Notes under the pieces: model-generated | Database searches by the model: none | Told to the model about the DNA's origin: nothing | Seen by the model: only the letters and a program-made list of their open reading frames with translations | Program-made: the position numbers and the translations under genes | In this document: positions 19,409 to 28,862 of the stretch, one piece after another | Position numbering within the stretch: the stretch's first letter is position 1 | Layout: every line of letters begins with the position of its first letter | Assembly: GCA_910589125.1 (NCBI GenBank) | Contig: CAJURX010000009.1 | Span: 22,240-86,239, forward strand | Direction: 5' to 3' | From: an uncultured Eggerthellaceae bacterium | GTDB taxonomy: Bacteria; Actinomycetota; Coriobacteriia; Coriobacteriales; Eggerthellaceae | Length of the DNA: 64,000 nt

Positions 19409-20770
19409 TTATCCATCGTCCTCATGAAAACCATAGAACATCTGTTCTAGGAGGATGATGTTCTCGATATGATCCGTGTGCGGGAACATATCGACGGGCT
19501 GCACGACCGCCACGCGATAGCCGCCTTCCACCAAGCGGGCGACATCGCGCGCCTGCGTTCGGGGGTCGCACGAGATGTAGACGATGCGGTCGGGGCGCAG
19601 CGCGCATGCCGCATCCAAGAACTCAGGCGAGGCCCCTGCGCGCGGGGGATCCATCATCAAGACCAGCTTGCCCGACCGGACCGCGAGCCGATCATCGCGC
19701 GCCATATCCTGCATGAAGCCCGTCGCATCCGCGCAGACGAATTCCGCAGCCTCCACGCCATTATGGCGCGCATTCTGCCGGGCATCCGCAACGGCGCTCT
19801 CCACCGCCTCCACGCCGATGACGCGACCCGCTCCGCGCTTGGCCGCCACCAGCCCGATCGTGCCAGTGCCGCAATACGCGTCCACCACCACATCCTCAGG
19901 ACCTGCCCCCGCCAATGCGATGGCCGCCTCATAGAGCACCTCGGCCTGCACGGCGTTCACCTGATAGAACGACCCCGAAGAGATGCGGAATCGCAACCCG
20001 CAGAGCTCGTCCAAGATGAAGCCGGGACCGTAGAGGGTGCGCTCGCGCTCACCCAAGATGACGTTCGTCTGGCGCTCATTCACGCTCTGCACCACCGTGA
20101 CCACCGATGGCACGCGTCGCACCAGCTCGCGGCAGAAGGACTTGGAGGACGGGAATGCGTCGCCATTCGTGACGATGGTCACGAGCACCTCGCCCGTGCG
20201 CCCTGCCCGCGCGACGACATGGCGGATGAAGCCTGTGTGTGCGTCTTCGTCATAGGGCGGGATGGACCACTTCTCCATGAGGTCGCGCACGGCGAGCGTC
20301 GCTGCCTTGGCCTCCACGTTCTCCAGCACGCACCCCTCTGTCGGGATCACCTCATGCGTGCCCTTCGCATACATCCCCGTGAGGACCGTACCGCGTCGGC
20401 TCCCGCCACCCTTCTGGCCCTTGCACGGCACCTGCTCCCGGCGCCGCGCTGCGCCGCGGGCGCACCTCCGATCGCGCTCACGCACCTCCGCGCCCCTGCT
20501 TGCCTGCACGCCCCTGCGCGCAGGGGCAGCCACGTACGGCGCGACCACCTTGTTGCGGTAATGCGCGGGGTCCTCCATCCCCAGGATGGGGCGGATGGCA
20601 TCTGCGCGCGCAGCATCCGGGAAGAGGTCCCCTATCGCACGCTGCTTGGCGATGAGCTGCTGCTCATAGGGGACATCGAGCGTCTGGCATGCCCCACAAG
20701 CGCCGAAGGCAGGGCATGCAGGGTGGCGCCCATGCGCACGTGCGCTCTCGTGTTCGACGTTCCTTCTCAT
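19409..20770 (-). CDS. RlmD/RumA-type 23S rRNA (uracil-C5)-methyltransferase with Fe-S cysteines
   Basis: N-terminal CPAFGACGACQ cluster motif, SAM fold VVDAYCGTGTIGL, and C-terminal YISCDPRTQARD...VQPVDMFPHTDHIE. An Arg-rich insert spans aa ~83-127. Confidence 0.85.
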   Translation of the reverse strand: MRRNVEHESARAHGRHPACPAFGACGACQTLDVPYEQQLIAKQRAIGDLFPDAARADAIRPILGMEDPAHYRNKVVAPYVAAPARRGVQASRGAEVRERDRRCARGAARRREQVPCKGQKGGGSRRGTVLTGMYAKGTHEVIPTEGCVLENVEAKAATLAVRDLMEKWSIPPYDEDAHTGFIRHVVARAGRTGEVLVTIVTNGDAFPSSKSFCRELVRRVPSVVTVVQSVNERQTNVILGERERTLYGPGFILDELCGLRFRISSGSFYQVNAVQAEVLYEAAIALAGAGPEDVVVDAYCGTGTIGLVAAKRGAGRVIGVEAVESAVADARQNARHNGVEAAEFVCADATGFMQDMARDDRLAVRSGKLVLMMDPPRAGASPEFLDAACALRPDRIVYISCDPRTQARDVARLVEGGYRVAVVQPVDMFPHTDHIENIILLEQMFYGFHEDDG

Positions 20771-20776
20771 AGCGCC

Positions 20777-20782
20777 ATTCTA
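20777..20782 (-). promoter_or_regulatory. -10 box TAGAAT placed 6 nt from the rlmD-like ATG (leaderless architecture)
   Basis: The minus strand reads cgtcTAGAATggcgctATG, with no SD-like sequence between the -10 and the ATG. Confidence 0.45.
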
Positions 20783-20825
20783 GACGAGATGGGCGAACGG
20801 GATGGGAGCAGCTTGTCCGACCCGG

Positions 20826-20853
20826 TTGAAAGCGCAGACCATTCCGCTACACT
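20826..20853 (+). promoter_or_regulatory. promoter for the MATE gene (-35 TTGAAA, 16-nt spacer, -10 TACACT)
   Basis: TTGAAAgcgcagaccattccgcTACACT, about 50 nt upstream of ATG 20902. Confidence 0.4.
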
Positions 20854-20901
20854 GGCCTGCTGGATATATGCGATGGCAACGGATCTGGCTTGGAGGCTCG
20901 C

Positions 20902-22257
20902 ATGACGCAGGACATGTCACGGCACTTCTCATGGGGCGCGCTCCTGCGCTTCACGGCACCGTCCATCGCCATGATGATCTTCACATCCATCTACGGGATC
21001 GTGGATGGGCTGTTCGTGTCCAACTTCGCGGGCAAGACGGCATTCGCTGCCGTGAACTTCGTGCTGCCCATCATCATGATCCCCTCAGCGGTGGGCTTCA
21101 TGATCGGAACGGGCGGATCGGCCATCGTGGCGAAGACCCGTGGCGAAGGAGATGACGCATCCGCGAACCGCTACTTCACGATGCTGGTGTATTCCGGTGC
21201 CGTCATGGGCATCATCCTGGCCGTTGCGGGCGTGCTCACCGCAGAGCCCATCTGCGCGCTCTTGGGCGCGGAAGGGCAGATGCTCGCCGACTGCGGCGTC
21301 TACGGGCGGATCATCTACCTGACGCTGCCGTTCTTCGTCCTGCAATACATCTTCCAGAGCTTCTTCGTCGCAGCGGGCAAGCCGCAGGTGGGGTTCTACG
21401 TGGTGCTGCTCGCGGGATGCGCGAACATCGTGCTGGATGCCCTCTTGGTGGGCATGCTCGGCTTGGGCCTCGTGGGAGCCGCCGTTGCCACCAACGTGAG
21501 CGAGATCTTGGGCGGAGGCATCCCGCTCATCTACTTCGCGCGCAAGAACACGAGCTTCCTGCGCTTCGTGAAGGCGCCCTTCCAAGGAAGGATCTTGGGC
21601 CGCGCGTGCTTCAACGGCATGTCGGAGATGGTCACGAACATCGCCATGTCATTCGTGAGCGTGCTCTACAACCTCCAGCTCATGCGCTACATCGGAGAGG
21701 ATGGCGTAGCGGCCTATGGCGTCATCATGTACGTGGTCATGGTGTTCGCAGCCATCTTCCTCGGGTACTCCATGGGATCGAGCCCGCTCATGAGCTTCCA
21801 GTACGGAGCGAAGAACCCCCGCGAGATGCAGAACCTCTTCCGGAAGAGCATCGCGTTCGTCGTCGTGGGCGGCATCCTCATGTTCGCGCTATCAGAGGTG
21901 TCCGCTGAGCTGATCGCTGATGTGTTCGTGAGCTACGATGCGGGGCTGCGTGCGATCACGGTGGAGAGCTTCCGGATCTACGCCATCGCATTCCTGTTCA
22001 TCGGCTTCTCCGTATACGGCTCTGCCCTGTTCACATCGCTGGGCAACGGCACGGTCTCCGCCATCATCGCGCTTCTGCGCTCGCTCATCTTCGAGGCGGG
22101 CAGCGTCTTGCTGCTGCCCCTCGCATTGGGGATACAGGGCATCTGGATATCCATCAGCGTGGCTGAGCTGGCATCGCTCGTCGTGACGTTGGCATTCATC
22201 TTGGCGCTGGGCCGCCGCTACGGCTTCTTGAGGACGCGCGAGACGACGCCCCTCTGA
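20902..22257 (+). CDS. MATE family efflux transporter
   Basis: 12-TM profile. The N-terminus LLRFTAPSIAMMIFTSIYGIVDGLFVSNFAGKTAFAAVN is the MATE signature. The GGAGG SD favours ATG 20902 over the TTG at 20890. Confidence 0.85.
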   Translation: MTQDMSRHFSWGALLRFTAPSIAMMIFTSIYGIVDGLFVSNFAGKTAFAAVNFVLPIIMIPSAVGFMIGTGGSAIVAKTRGEGDDASANRYFTMLVYSGAVMGIILAVAGVLTAEPICALLGAEGQMLADCGVYGRIIYLTLPFFVLQYIFQSFFVAAGKPQVGFYVVLLAGCANIVLDALLVGMLGLGLVGAAVATNVSEILGGGIPLIYFARKNTSFLRFVKAPFQGRILGRACFNGMSEMVTNIAMSFVSVLYNLQLMRYIGEDGVAAYGVIMYVVMVFAAIFLGYSMGSSPLMSFQYGAKNPREMQNLFRKSIAFVVVGGILMFALSEVSAELIADVFVSYDAGLRAITVESFRIYAIAFLFIGFSVYGSALFTSLGNGTVSAIIALLRSLIFEAGSVLLLPLALGIQGIWISISVAELASLVVTLAFILALGRRYGFLRTRETTPL

Positions 22258-22320
22258 GCGCGGAAGCGCAAGACCGGGGGGCAATGCTGAGGATGCGCGA
22301 GCGAGAGAGATGCGAGCAGC

Positions 22321-23685
22321 CTAGTTCTTGAGGGAGTTCAGCGGAGCAGGCATGCGGCCACCCCTGTGCGCGAACACCGTGCCGGCATAGGGGTTCACCT
22401 CCATGACGGGCGCTTGCCCCAGAAGGCCGCCGAAGTCCAGCATGTCGCCCACCTTCTTCCCGATGGCCGGGATGATGCGCACCGCCGTGGTCTTGGAGTT
22501 GATCATGCCGATGGCGCATTCATCGGCGATGATGCCGAAGATGGATTCGGGCGTGGTGTCACCTGGGATGGCGATCATGTCCAGCCCGACCGAGCATACG
22601 CAGGTCATGGCTTCCAGCTTGGAGAGGGTGAGCGCGCCCATCTCAGCTGCTCGGATCATGCCCGCGTCCTCGGAGACGGGGATGAAGGCACCGGAGAGGC
22701 CTCCGACCGAAGAGCTAGCCATGGTGCCACCCTTCTTCACGGCATCGTTCAGCATGGCGAGCGCCGCTGTGGTCCCCGGACCGCCGCACACGCCCACGCC
22801 GATGGCCTCGAGGATCTCGGCGACAGAATCATGCTCCGCAGGCGTTGGTGCCAGCGACAGGTCCAAGATGCCCTTCTGATATCCCAGGCGCGCTGCCGCC
22901 TCCCGCGCCATCAGCTCGCCTGCGCGCGTGATCTTGAATGCGGTGGACTTGATGGCCTCCGCGATGCTGGTGATGTCCGCATCATCGGGCATGTCAGCGA
23001 GCACCGCACGCACCACGCCCGGCCCCGAGACGCCCACGTTGATGACCTCGTCCGCCTCGCCGCTCCCGTGGAACGCGCCAGCCATGAAGGGGTTGTCCTC
23101 GACCGCATTGCAGAACACGACCAGCTTGCCCGCTCCGATGCAGTCGCGATCAGCGGTGGCCTTCGCCGTGTCCAGGATGATGTTCGCCATATCCCACACC
23201 GCGTCCATGTTGATCCCGGCACGCGTGGATCCCACATTGACCGAGGAGCAGACGCACGCCGTCTGAGCGAGCGCACCAGGGATGGAGCGGATGAGCTTCA
23301 TGTCGCCCCGCGAGGCGCCCTTCTGCACGAGCGCCGTGAAGCCGCCGACGAAATCAACGCCCACCTCAGCTGCAGCCTTGTCCATGGCCAGCGCCACCGG
23401 CGTCAGGTCCTCCGCCGTCACCGCCGCGCAGATCTCAGCGATGGGCGTGACGGAGATGCGCTTGTTCACGATGGGGATGCCGAACTCGCGCTCCAGCTGA
23501 TCGGCCACCGGCACCAGGTCCTCTGCGGCCTTCGCCATGCGGTCATAGACCTTGCTCGCTACCCGATCGATATCCGTATCCACGCATCCGCGCAGATTGA
23601 GCCCCAGCGTGATGGTGCGGATATCCAGGTGCTGCTGGGACACCATCGCAAGCGTCTCAGCGATCTCAGCAGGCGTCAGCTGCAT
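22321..23685 (-). CDS. UPF0210/DUF711 family protein
   Basis: [31 protein letters not shown]... and the overall ~450-aa conservation are typical of UPF0210. AAGGAG SD lies before ATG 23685. The upstream 38 codons of the track ORF were rejected. Confidence 0.8.
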   Translation of the reverse strand: MQLTPAEIAETLAMVSQQHLDIRTITLGLNLRGCVDTDIDRVASKVYDRMAKAAEDLVPVADQLEREFGIPIVNKRISVTPIAEICAAVTAEDLTPVALAMDKAAAEVGVDFVGGFTALVQKGASRGDMKLIRSIPGALAQTACVCSSVNVGSTRAGINMDAVWDMANIILDTAKATADRDCIGAGKLVVFCNAVEDNPFMAGAFHGSGEADEVINVGVSGPGVVRAVLADMPDDADITSIAEAIKSTAFKITRAGELMAREAAARLGYQKGILDLSLAPTPAEHDSVAEILEAIGVGVCGGPGTTAALAMLNDAVKKGGTMASSSVGGLSGAFIPVSEDAGMIRAAEMGALTLSKLEAMTCVCSVGLDMIAIPGDTTPESIFGIIADECAIGMINSKTTAVRIIPAIGKKVGDMLDFGGLLGQAPVMEVNPYAGTVFAHRGGRMPAPLNSLKN

Positions 23686-23740
23686 GGCATGCTCCTTGTG
23701 GGTTCGGCTCGTTATCGAAGATGCAGGCAAGCATAGCAAA

Positions 23741-23746
23741 TATAAT
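23741..23746 (+). promoter_or_regulatory. candidate -10 box TATAAT for the MBL-fold gene
   Basis: gcaaaTATAATgag, 38 nt upstream of ATG 23785, which has a GGGAGGG SD. Confidence 0.35.
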
Positions 23747-23784
23747 GAGTACGACCATTCAGAACTCTGTGGCGGGAGGGACGC

Positions 23785-24597
23785 ATGCTGGAACTGCACG
23801 TGCTCGCAAGCGGATCCAAGGGCAACGCTGCGATCGTGAAGGATGCCGAGAGCGGTGCGGGCTTCCTGATCGATTGCGGGATCTGCAAGCGCGACCTCCT
23901 GCGCGGATCAGAATCGGTGGGATTCGACCTTGCGAAGCTGACGGACATCCTCATCACGCATGACCACTTCGACCACACGAGGGGCCTTGGCGTATGCGCA
24001 CGGGCGCTCGCGAAGATGGGGTGCCAGGTGCGGATCCGCACCAGCCATGCAGTGCGCCGGGCCAGTGCGCCGCTCGAAGAGGCACTGGCGTCGGAGGGCA
24101 TCACATTCGAGCCGTTCAAGGGAGGGGATGCGCTCTCCATCTGCGGGATGCAAGTGCACGTCTTCCCCACTTCCCATGATGCAGCGGAGTCGTTCGGGTT
24201 CCGCATCGAAGGCACCGAGGATTCGATCGGGTACATGACGGATACCGGGCACGTGACCGGAGAGGCGCATGAGGCGCTGCAATACGTGCGCCTCTTGGCG
24301 CTCGAGGCGAACCATGACCTGCGCATGCTGCGGGAGGGACCCTATCCCTATCCGATCAAGCACCGCATCGCCTCGGATGCGGGACACCTCTCCAACGCGC
24401 AATCCGCCGCTGAGCTGGAAGCGCTCCTCTCAGGCTTGGGCGCGGGGATGCTGGAGAGCGTAGTGGCCATGCACGTATCGCAAGAGAACAACCTCTACTC
24501 GAAGGCGCAGACGTCCTTCGAGGACATGCTCGCCCGCTACGAGCACCCCGCCACCGCCCTGGTGGCAAAGCAGAGCACGCCCCTCAGCGTCACGTGA
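23785..24597 (+). CDS. MBL-fold metallo-hydrolase, YycJ/VicX-like
   Basis: N-terminus [15 protein letters not shown], metal motif [11 protein letters not shown], and C-terminal HLSN. Confidence 0.8.
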   Translation: MLELHVLASGSKGNAAIVKDAESGAGFLIDCGICKRDLLRGSESVGFDLAKLTDILITHDHFDHTRGLGVCARALAKMGCQVRIRTSHAVRRASAPLEEALASEGITFEPFKGGDALSICGMQVHVFPTSHDAAESFGFRIEGTEDSIGYMTDTGHVTGEAHEALQYVRLLALEANHDLRMLREGPYPYPIKHRIASDAGHLSNAQSAAELEALLSGLGAGMLESVVAMHVSQENNLYSKAQTSFEDMLARYEHPATALVAKQSTPLSVT

Positions 24598-24618
24598 CGA
24601 AGGAGCGCGAAAGCGCGA

Positions 24619-26058
24619 TCAGTCGATCGGCAGGTCCTCCACCTCCGCTTCGAGCGGGAGGGGTGGGTCTCCCGGGCCTTCGGACTTCGGGGCGGCTTCG
24701 CCCCAGGAGCTCTCATAGCCGGGGAGGATGATGTTCAGCACGATGCCCGCGATCGAGCCGATGGCAAGCCCCGAGAGCGAGACGTCCACGCCGCCCACGG
24801 GGATGACGATGGCGCCAGCTGCGCTGTACGCGATGCCGAGCGAGAGCACCAAGATCAGCGCCGTTATCAGGATGTTGCGGCTCGCCATGAAGTCAACGTG
24901 GTTCTCCACGAGGTTCCGGATGCCCACGCTCGAGATCATGCCGTAGAGCACGAGCGACACCCCGCCGATGACGCATGCCGGCATGACGGCGATGACCGCC
25001 GCGAACTTCGGGCAGAACGAGAACACGATGGCGAAGAGGGCCGCGATGCGCACCACCCGCGGATCCAGCACGCGCGTGAGCGCAAGGACGCCCGTGTTCT
25101 CGCCATACGTGGTGTTGGCGGGAGCTCCGAACAGGGACGCCAGCATGGTGGCGAAGCCATCTCCGAGGAGCGTGCGATGCAATCCCGGATCAGCAAGGTA
25201 GTTGCGGTTGCACGTAGAGCTGATAGCGGACATGTCGCCGATGTGCTCGATCATGGTGGCGAACGCGAGCGGCATGATGGTGATGATGGCCGTGATGGCA
25301 AGGCCCGCATCGAATCCAGGGCCCGCGAGCGCGAACACCGTGTTCGGCCAGAGGACGGGAAGGCCGATCCATGCCGCTTCTGCCACCGGCGCGAAATCCA
25401 CGATGCCCACAGCCGCAGCGACCGCGTATGACCCGATGACGCCGAGCAGGATGGGGATGATGCGGATCATGCCACGACCCCAGATGTTCGCCACGATGAT
25501 GATGGCGATGGCGACGATGGCGATGGGCCAATTCGTCTCGCAGTTGGCGATCGCCGAGCTTGCCAGGATGAGGCCGATGCAGATGACGATGGGGCCTGTC
25601 ACCACGGGCGGGAAGAAGCGCATGACGCGCTCCGTTCCGAAGATGCGGAACAGCGCCGAGAGCACAAGGTACAGCAGCCCCGAGCACGCAACGCCCAAGC
25701 ACGCATAGGGCAGAAGCTCTGGCTCCCCTGCCGGCGCGATGGCGACGTAGCCCGCGATGAACGCGAACGAGGAGCCAAGGAATGCGGGCACCTTGCCCTT
25801 CGTGATGAGGTGGAACAGGAGCGTGCCCACCCCCGCGAACAGCAATGTAGCTGATACCGACAGCCCCGTGAGCGTGGGCACCAGGATGGTCGCGCCGAAC
25901 ATGGCGAACATGTGCTGCAATCCGAACAGGGCCATCTTCGGTGCACCGAGCGTGCGAGCGTCGTATATCGCACCCTTCGCATCCTGCGCGCCCATGGTCG
26001 GGGTGCTCGTGGACGGATCGGACGTGCGTGCGTTGTGCTCATCGGGTGCTGACGCCAT
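24619..26058 (-). CDS. NCS2 family uracil/xanthine permease
   Basis: LFGLQHMFAMFGATILVPTLTG and later NCS2 blocks (TTYGENTGVLALTRV). The GAGGAG SD favours ATG 26058 over 26070. Confidence 0.85.
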   Translation of the reverse strand: MASAPDEHNARTSDPSTSTPTMGAQDAKGAIYDARTLGAPKMALFGLQHMFAMFGATILVPTLTGLSVSATLLFAGVGTLLFHLITKGKVPAFLGSSFAFIAGYVAIAPAGEPELLPYACLGVACSGLLYLVLSALFRIFGTERVMRFFPPVVTGPIVICIGLILASSAIANCETNWPIAIVAIAIIIVANIWGRGMIRIIPILLGVIGSYAVAAAVGIVDFAPVAEAAWIGLPVLWPNTVFALAGPGFDAGLAITAIITIMPLAFATMIEHIGDMSAISSTCNRNYLADPGLHRTLLGDGFATMLASLFGAPANTTYGENTGVLALTRVLDPRVVRIAALFAIVFSFCPKFAAVIAVMPACVIGGVSLVLYGMISSVGIRNLVENHVDFMASRNILITALILVLSLGIAYSAAGAIVIPVGGVDVSLSGLAIGSIAGIVLNIILPGYESSWGEAAPKSEGPGDPPLPLEAEVEDLPID

Positions 26059-26112
26059 GATGCTCCTCATGTCAGTGTGGTCTGGATGGCCGTACGGCAG
26101 CGCGGCGCAACG

Positions 26113-26121
26113 ATACTACCA
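26113..26121 (-). promoter_or_regulatory. candidate extended -10 (TGGTAGTAT) for the uracil permease gene
   Basis: The minus strand reads caTGgTAGTATcg, about 55 nt upstream of ATG 26058. Confidence 0.35.
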
Positions 26122-26165
26122 TGATGCGCGACGGGGAAGGCTCCCGTGTCGCACGCGTGCACAGC

Positions 26166-27347
26166 TCAGCGGTTGCGGATGACGCGCAGGTCGTCACGCG
26201 CCCGGTCGAAGGCGGGATCGGGGGCAGAGGCATGCTGCACCGAGAGGATGAGCCCCACGATCAGAAGCGACGAGATGACCGATGTGCCCCCCGAGGAGAT
26301 GAACGGCAGCGGCTTGCCCGTGGTGGGGAACACGCCGATGGCGCACCCGATGTTCAGGAACGCCTGGAACACGAGCATGATGGCGCACCCACCTGCGATC
26401 ATGGCACCCAGGTTGTCGAGCGCACCTTGCGATATGCGCAAGGAGGCGAACAGGAACAGGAGGAAGAGCCCTATGACGAAGAGCGCTCCCACGAGCCCCA
26501 TCTCCTCCCCGAGCACCGCGAAGATGAAGTCGCTGTCAGACGCGAAGAGGTACTGGTACTTCTCGTGCGAGTTCCCGATGCCGACGCCGAACAGGCCACC
26601 TTCGGCAAGCGCGAAGTACGACCGGATGATGTTGTAGCCCGAGCCCAGACCACCTTCGCCATCATTCCACGGGTCGAGGTACACGAAGCGATTGGAGCGA
26701 TAGCCCGATCCCAGCGTGCCGCCGATGACCGCCAGCAAGCCGACCGCCACGATCGCCACGAGCGACCATGCGGGGAATCCGCCGATCCAGAGCACGGCGA
26801 AGATGCCCACGGCGCAGATGAGCGTGGTGCCCATGTCGGACTGCGTCACGTACATGAATGCGAGCGGCACCGCGATCAGGAACAAGAGCTCGATGAACGC
26901 CATGCGGAAGTCGATCTCGCCGATCCGGAAGCGGTGCGCGATGCGGATGGTCATGAGGATGAGCGCGACCTTGATGAACTCGGAGGGCTGCATGCCCACC
27001 GGTCCGATGTAGAGCCAGCGCTTCGCGCCGTTGACCTCGGTGCCCACGAAGAAGGTGAGCACGAGTAGCACCATGCAGAATCCCCAGAACATCCATGTCA
27101 GCTGGCCGGCCCATGCATGATACGGGATCAGCTGCCAGATCACGATGGCTGCCACCGTGCCGATGGCGACATAGACCGCCTGGCCGAGCACATCGCGGTA
27201 CGGGTTCTTGGCCGCTGCGGAGAGGTCCGCTGATGTGGCTGAGAACACCATGACCAGCCCGATCACCACGAGCGCGAACACCGCAGCGATGAGGAGGATG
27301 GAGGCCACCTTGCTCTCGGTGATGGGTTTGGGCTGGCGCCGTGCCAT
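26166..27347 (-). CDS. ftsW: SEDS-family peptidoglycan polymerase FtsW
   Basis: 10-TM SEDS profile with VMVFSATSA, LYIGPVGMQPSEF and GKPLPFISSGGTS. It sits directly after murD. Confidence 0.9.
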   Translation of the reverse strand: MARRQPKPITESKVASILLIAAVFALVVIGLVMVFSATSADLSAAAKNPYRDVLGQAVYVAIGTVAAIVIWQLIPYHAWAGQLTWMFWGFCMVLLVLTFFVGTEVNGAKRWLYIGPVGMQPSEFIKVALILMTIRIAHRFRIGEIDFRMAFIELLFLIAVPLAFMYVTQSDMGTTLICAVGIFAVLWIGGFPAWSLVAIVAVGLLAVIGGTLGSGYRSNRFVYLDPWNDGEGGLGSGYNIIRSYFALAEGGLFGVGIGNSHEKYQYLFASDSDFIFAVLGEEMGLVGALFVIGLFLLFLFASLRISQGALDNLGAMIAGGCAIMLVFQAFLNIGCAIGVFPTTGKPLPFISSGGTSVISSLLIVGLILSVQHASAPDPAFDRARDDLRVIRNR

Positions 27348-27359
27348 GGGAAGCGCGCC

Positions 27360-28862
27360 CTACCCTTCCCTGCGAGCGAGGCGTGCCACCAGGTCCTTGA
27401 AGCGCTGGCCACGCTCCTCGAAGCAGGAGAACTCGTCGAAGGACGCGCATGCGGGCGAGAGCAGCACCACGCCTGCGGGCTCAGCTGCATGAGCAGCCGC
27501 CTCGAACGCCTCGTCGAACGTGCCACGACGGATCACCTCAGGCGAAGCGGCATCACCGAACGCCTCAGCGAAGCGATCTGCCGCCTCGCCGTACACGACG
27601 ACAGTCTGGGCATGCTCGCGACATGCCGCCACGAGCGCGTCAAGAGGTCCCATCTTGTCGCGACCGCCCAACATGACCACGAGCGATCGTCCGGGAAACG
27701 ATGCGAGCGCCACCAGCGTGGCATCCACGTTCGTAGCCTTGGAATCGTTGTAGAACTCAACGCCGCCCACGCTGCCCACCGGCTCTATCCGGTGCTCGAG
27801 CGGCTGGAAGCTGGCAAGGGCACGCGTCACGTCGCCCCCGTCTGCTCCGAGCGCGATGGCGGCAGATGCAGCAGCGAGCGCATTCACCACATTGTGAGCG
27901 CCCTTGATCTTGAGCGCATCAGCCGGGATCAGGACGTATTCACCCTCCAGATAGGCGACGTGCAGATGCCCTGCCCCATCCAGGAAGGCAGCATTGCGCG
28001 AACCGCACGCCTCGCGCATGTCCACGCCGATGCCCGCCTTGGCTCCGATGGGGATATAGGTGACCGCTTCTGACGTGGGCAGCGCACGCAAGCGCCGCAC
28101 CTCTTGGCGCGTGACATCGTTGGTCGCATCCAGCACCGCCACGCCGCCAGCGCGCTCGATGTTCGCGAGCATCTTGCGCTTGGCATCCGCATACGCCTCA
28201 AAGCTCCCATGCCATGCAAGGTGATCGGGCGTTATCCCCAAGAGCACCCCTACATCAGGCGTGAGGTCGCGCATGGATGCCAGTTGATAGGACGAGACCT
28301 CTGCCACGTATGCGCGCGCACGCCCGCACCGGCACTCCTCCTCGGTGCCGAAGAGGTCATCCGAGACCACATGGATGCACGCCTCCCCGATGTTCCCGCA
28401 CGCCTTCGCTGCGAAGCCCGATGCATCCAAGAGGTGCGCCAGGAGCGCTGTGGTGGTGGTCTTGCCGTTCGTGCCCGTGATGCACACCCATCGCGCATCC
28501 ACGCTGCTCTCGCGCCACGCCAGCTCCACTTCGCTGATCAGCTCCGCGCTCGCAGCACGCGCCTCTTGGTAGAAGGCGGATGTCTCAGGGATGCCCGGGC
28601 TCGCGACGCAGAGGTCGAAGCTGCCCGTCACATGCTCTCCGAACACGACATGCGCACCTGCCTCCGTGAGCGCCTGCGCATCAGGAGAGCTCTCGTCAGC
28701 TCGTCCGGCGAACACCGACAGGGAAGCTACGCGCCCCGCTGGCTGCTTGAGGAGATAGTCGGCAACGGCTCGGCCCGATACGCCCAAGCCCAGCACGCAG
28801 ACATCCCCCAGACGCTCCGGCGCATGCCGCCTGCCCTCTATCAGGGCCGCATCTGCCATCAT
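27360..28862 (-). CDS. murD: UDP-N-acetylmuramoyl-L-alanine--D-glutamate ligase MurD
   Basis: VCVLGLGVSGRAVADYL and ITGTNGKTTTTALLAHLL are present. The ATG at 28862 overlaps the mraY stop (ATGA). The 717-aa track ORF runs on into mraY in another frame. Confidence 0.9.
   Translation of the reverse strand: MMADAALIEGRRHAPERLGDVCVLGLGVSGRAVADYLLKQPAGRVASLSVFAGRADESSPDAQALTEAGAHVVFGEHVTGSFDLCVASPGIPETSAFYQEARAASAELISEVELAWRESSVDARWVCITGTNGKTTTTALLAHLLDASGFAAKACGNIGEACIHVVSDDLFGTEEECRCGRARAYVAEVSSYQLASMRDLTPDVGVLLGITPDHLAWHGSFEAYADAKRKMLANIERAGGVAVLDATNDVTRQEVRRLRALPTSEAVTYIPIGAKAGIGVDMREACGSRNAAFLDGAGHLHVAYLEGEYVLIPADALKIKGAHNVVNALAAASAAIALGADGGDVTRALASFQPLEHRIEPVGSVGGVEFYNDSKATNVDATLVALASFPGRSLVVMLGGRDKMGPLDALVAACREHAQTVVVYGEAADRFAEAFGDAASPEVIRRGTFDEAFEAAAHAAEPAGVVLLSPACASFDEFSCFEERGQRFKDLVARLARREG

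Noticed and set aside
19469-20905. 478-aa ORF on the plus strand
   Set aside because: It is antisense to the RlmD-like methyltransferase gene and runs across the divergent promoter region. It has no recognisable domains.
22366-23736. 456-aa ORF on the plus strand
   Set aside because: It is antisense to the UPF0210 gene. The composition is an artefact.
26122-26165. Imperfect hairpin after ftsW (GCGACACGGGAG / CTTCCCCGTCGC)
   Set aside because: There are several mismatches in the stem and no U-tract, so the evidence is too weak to call a terminator. ftsW may read through into the permease gene or terminate by another mechanism.
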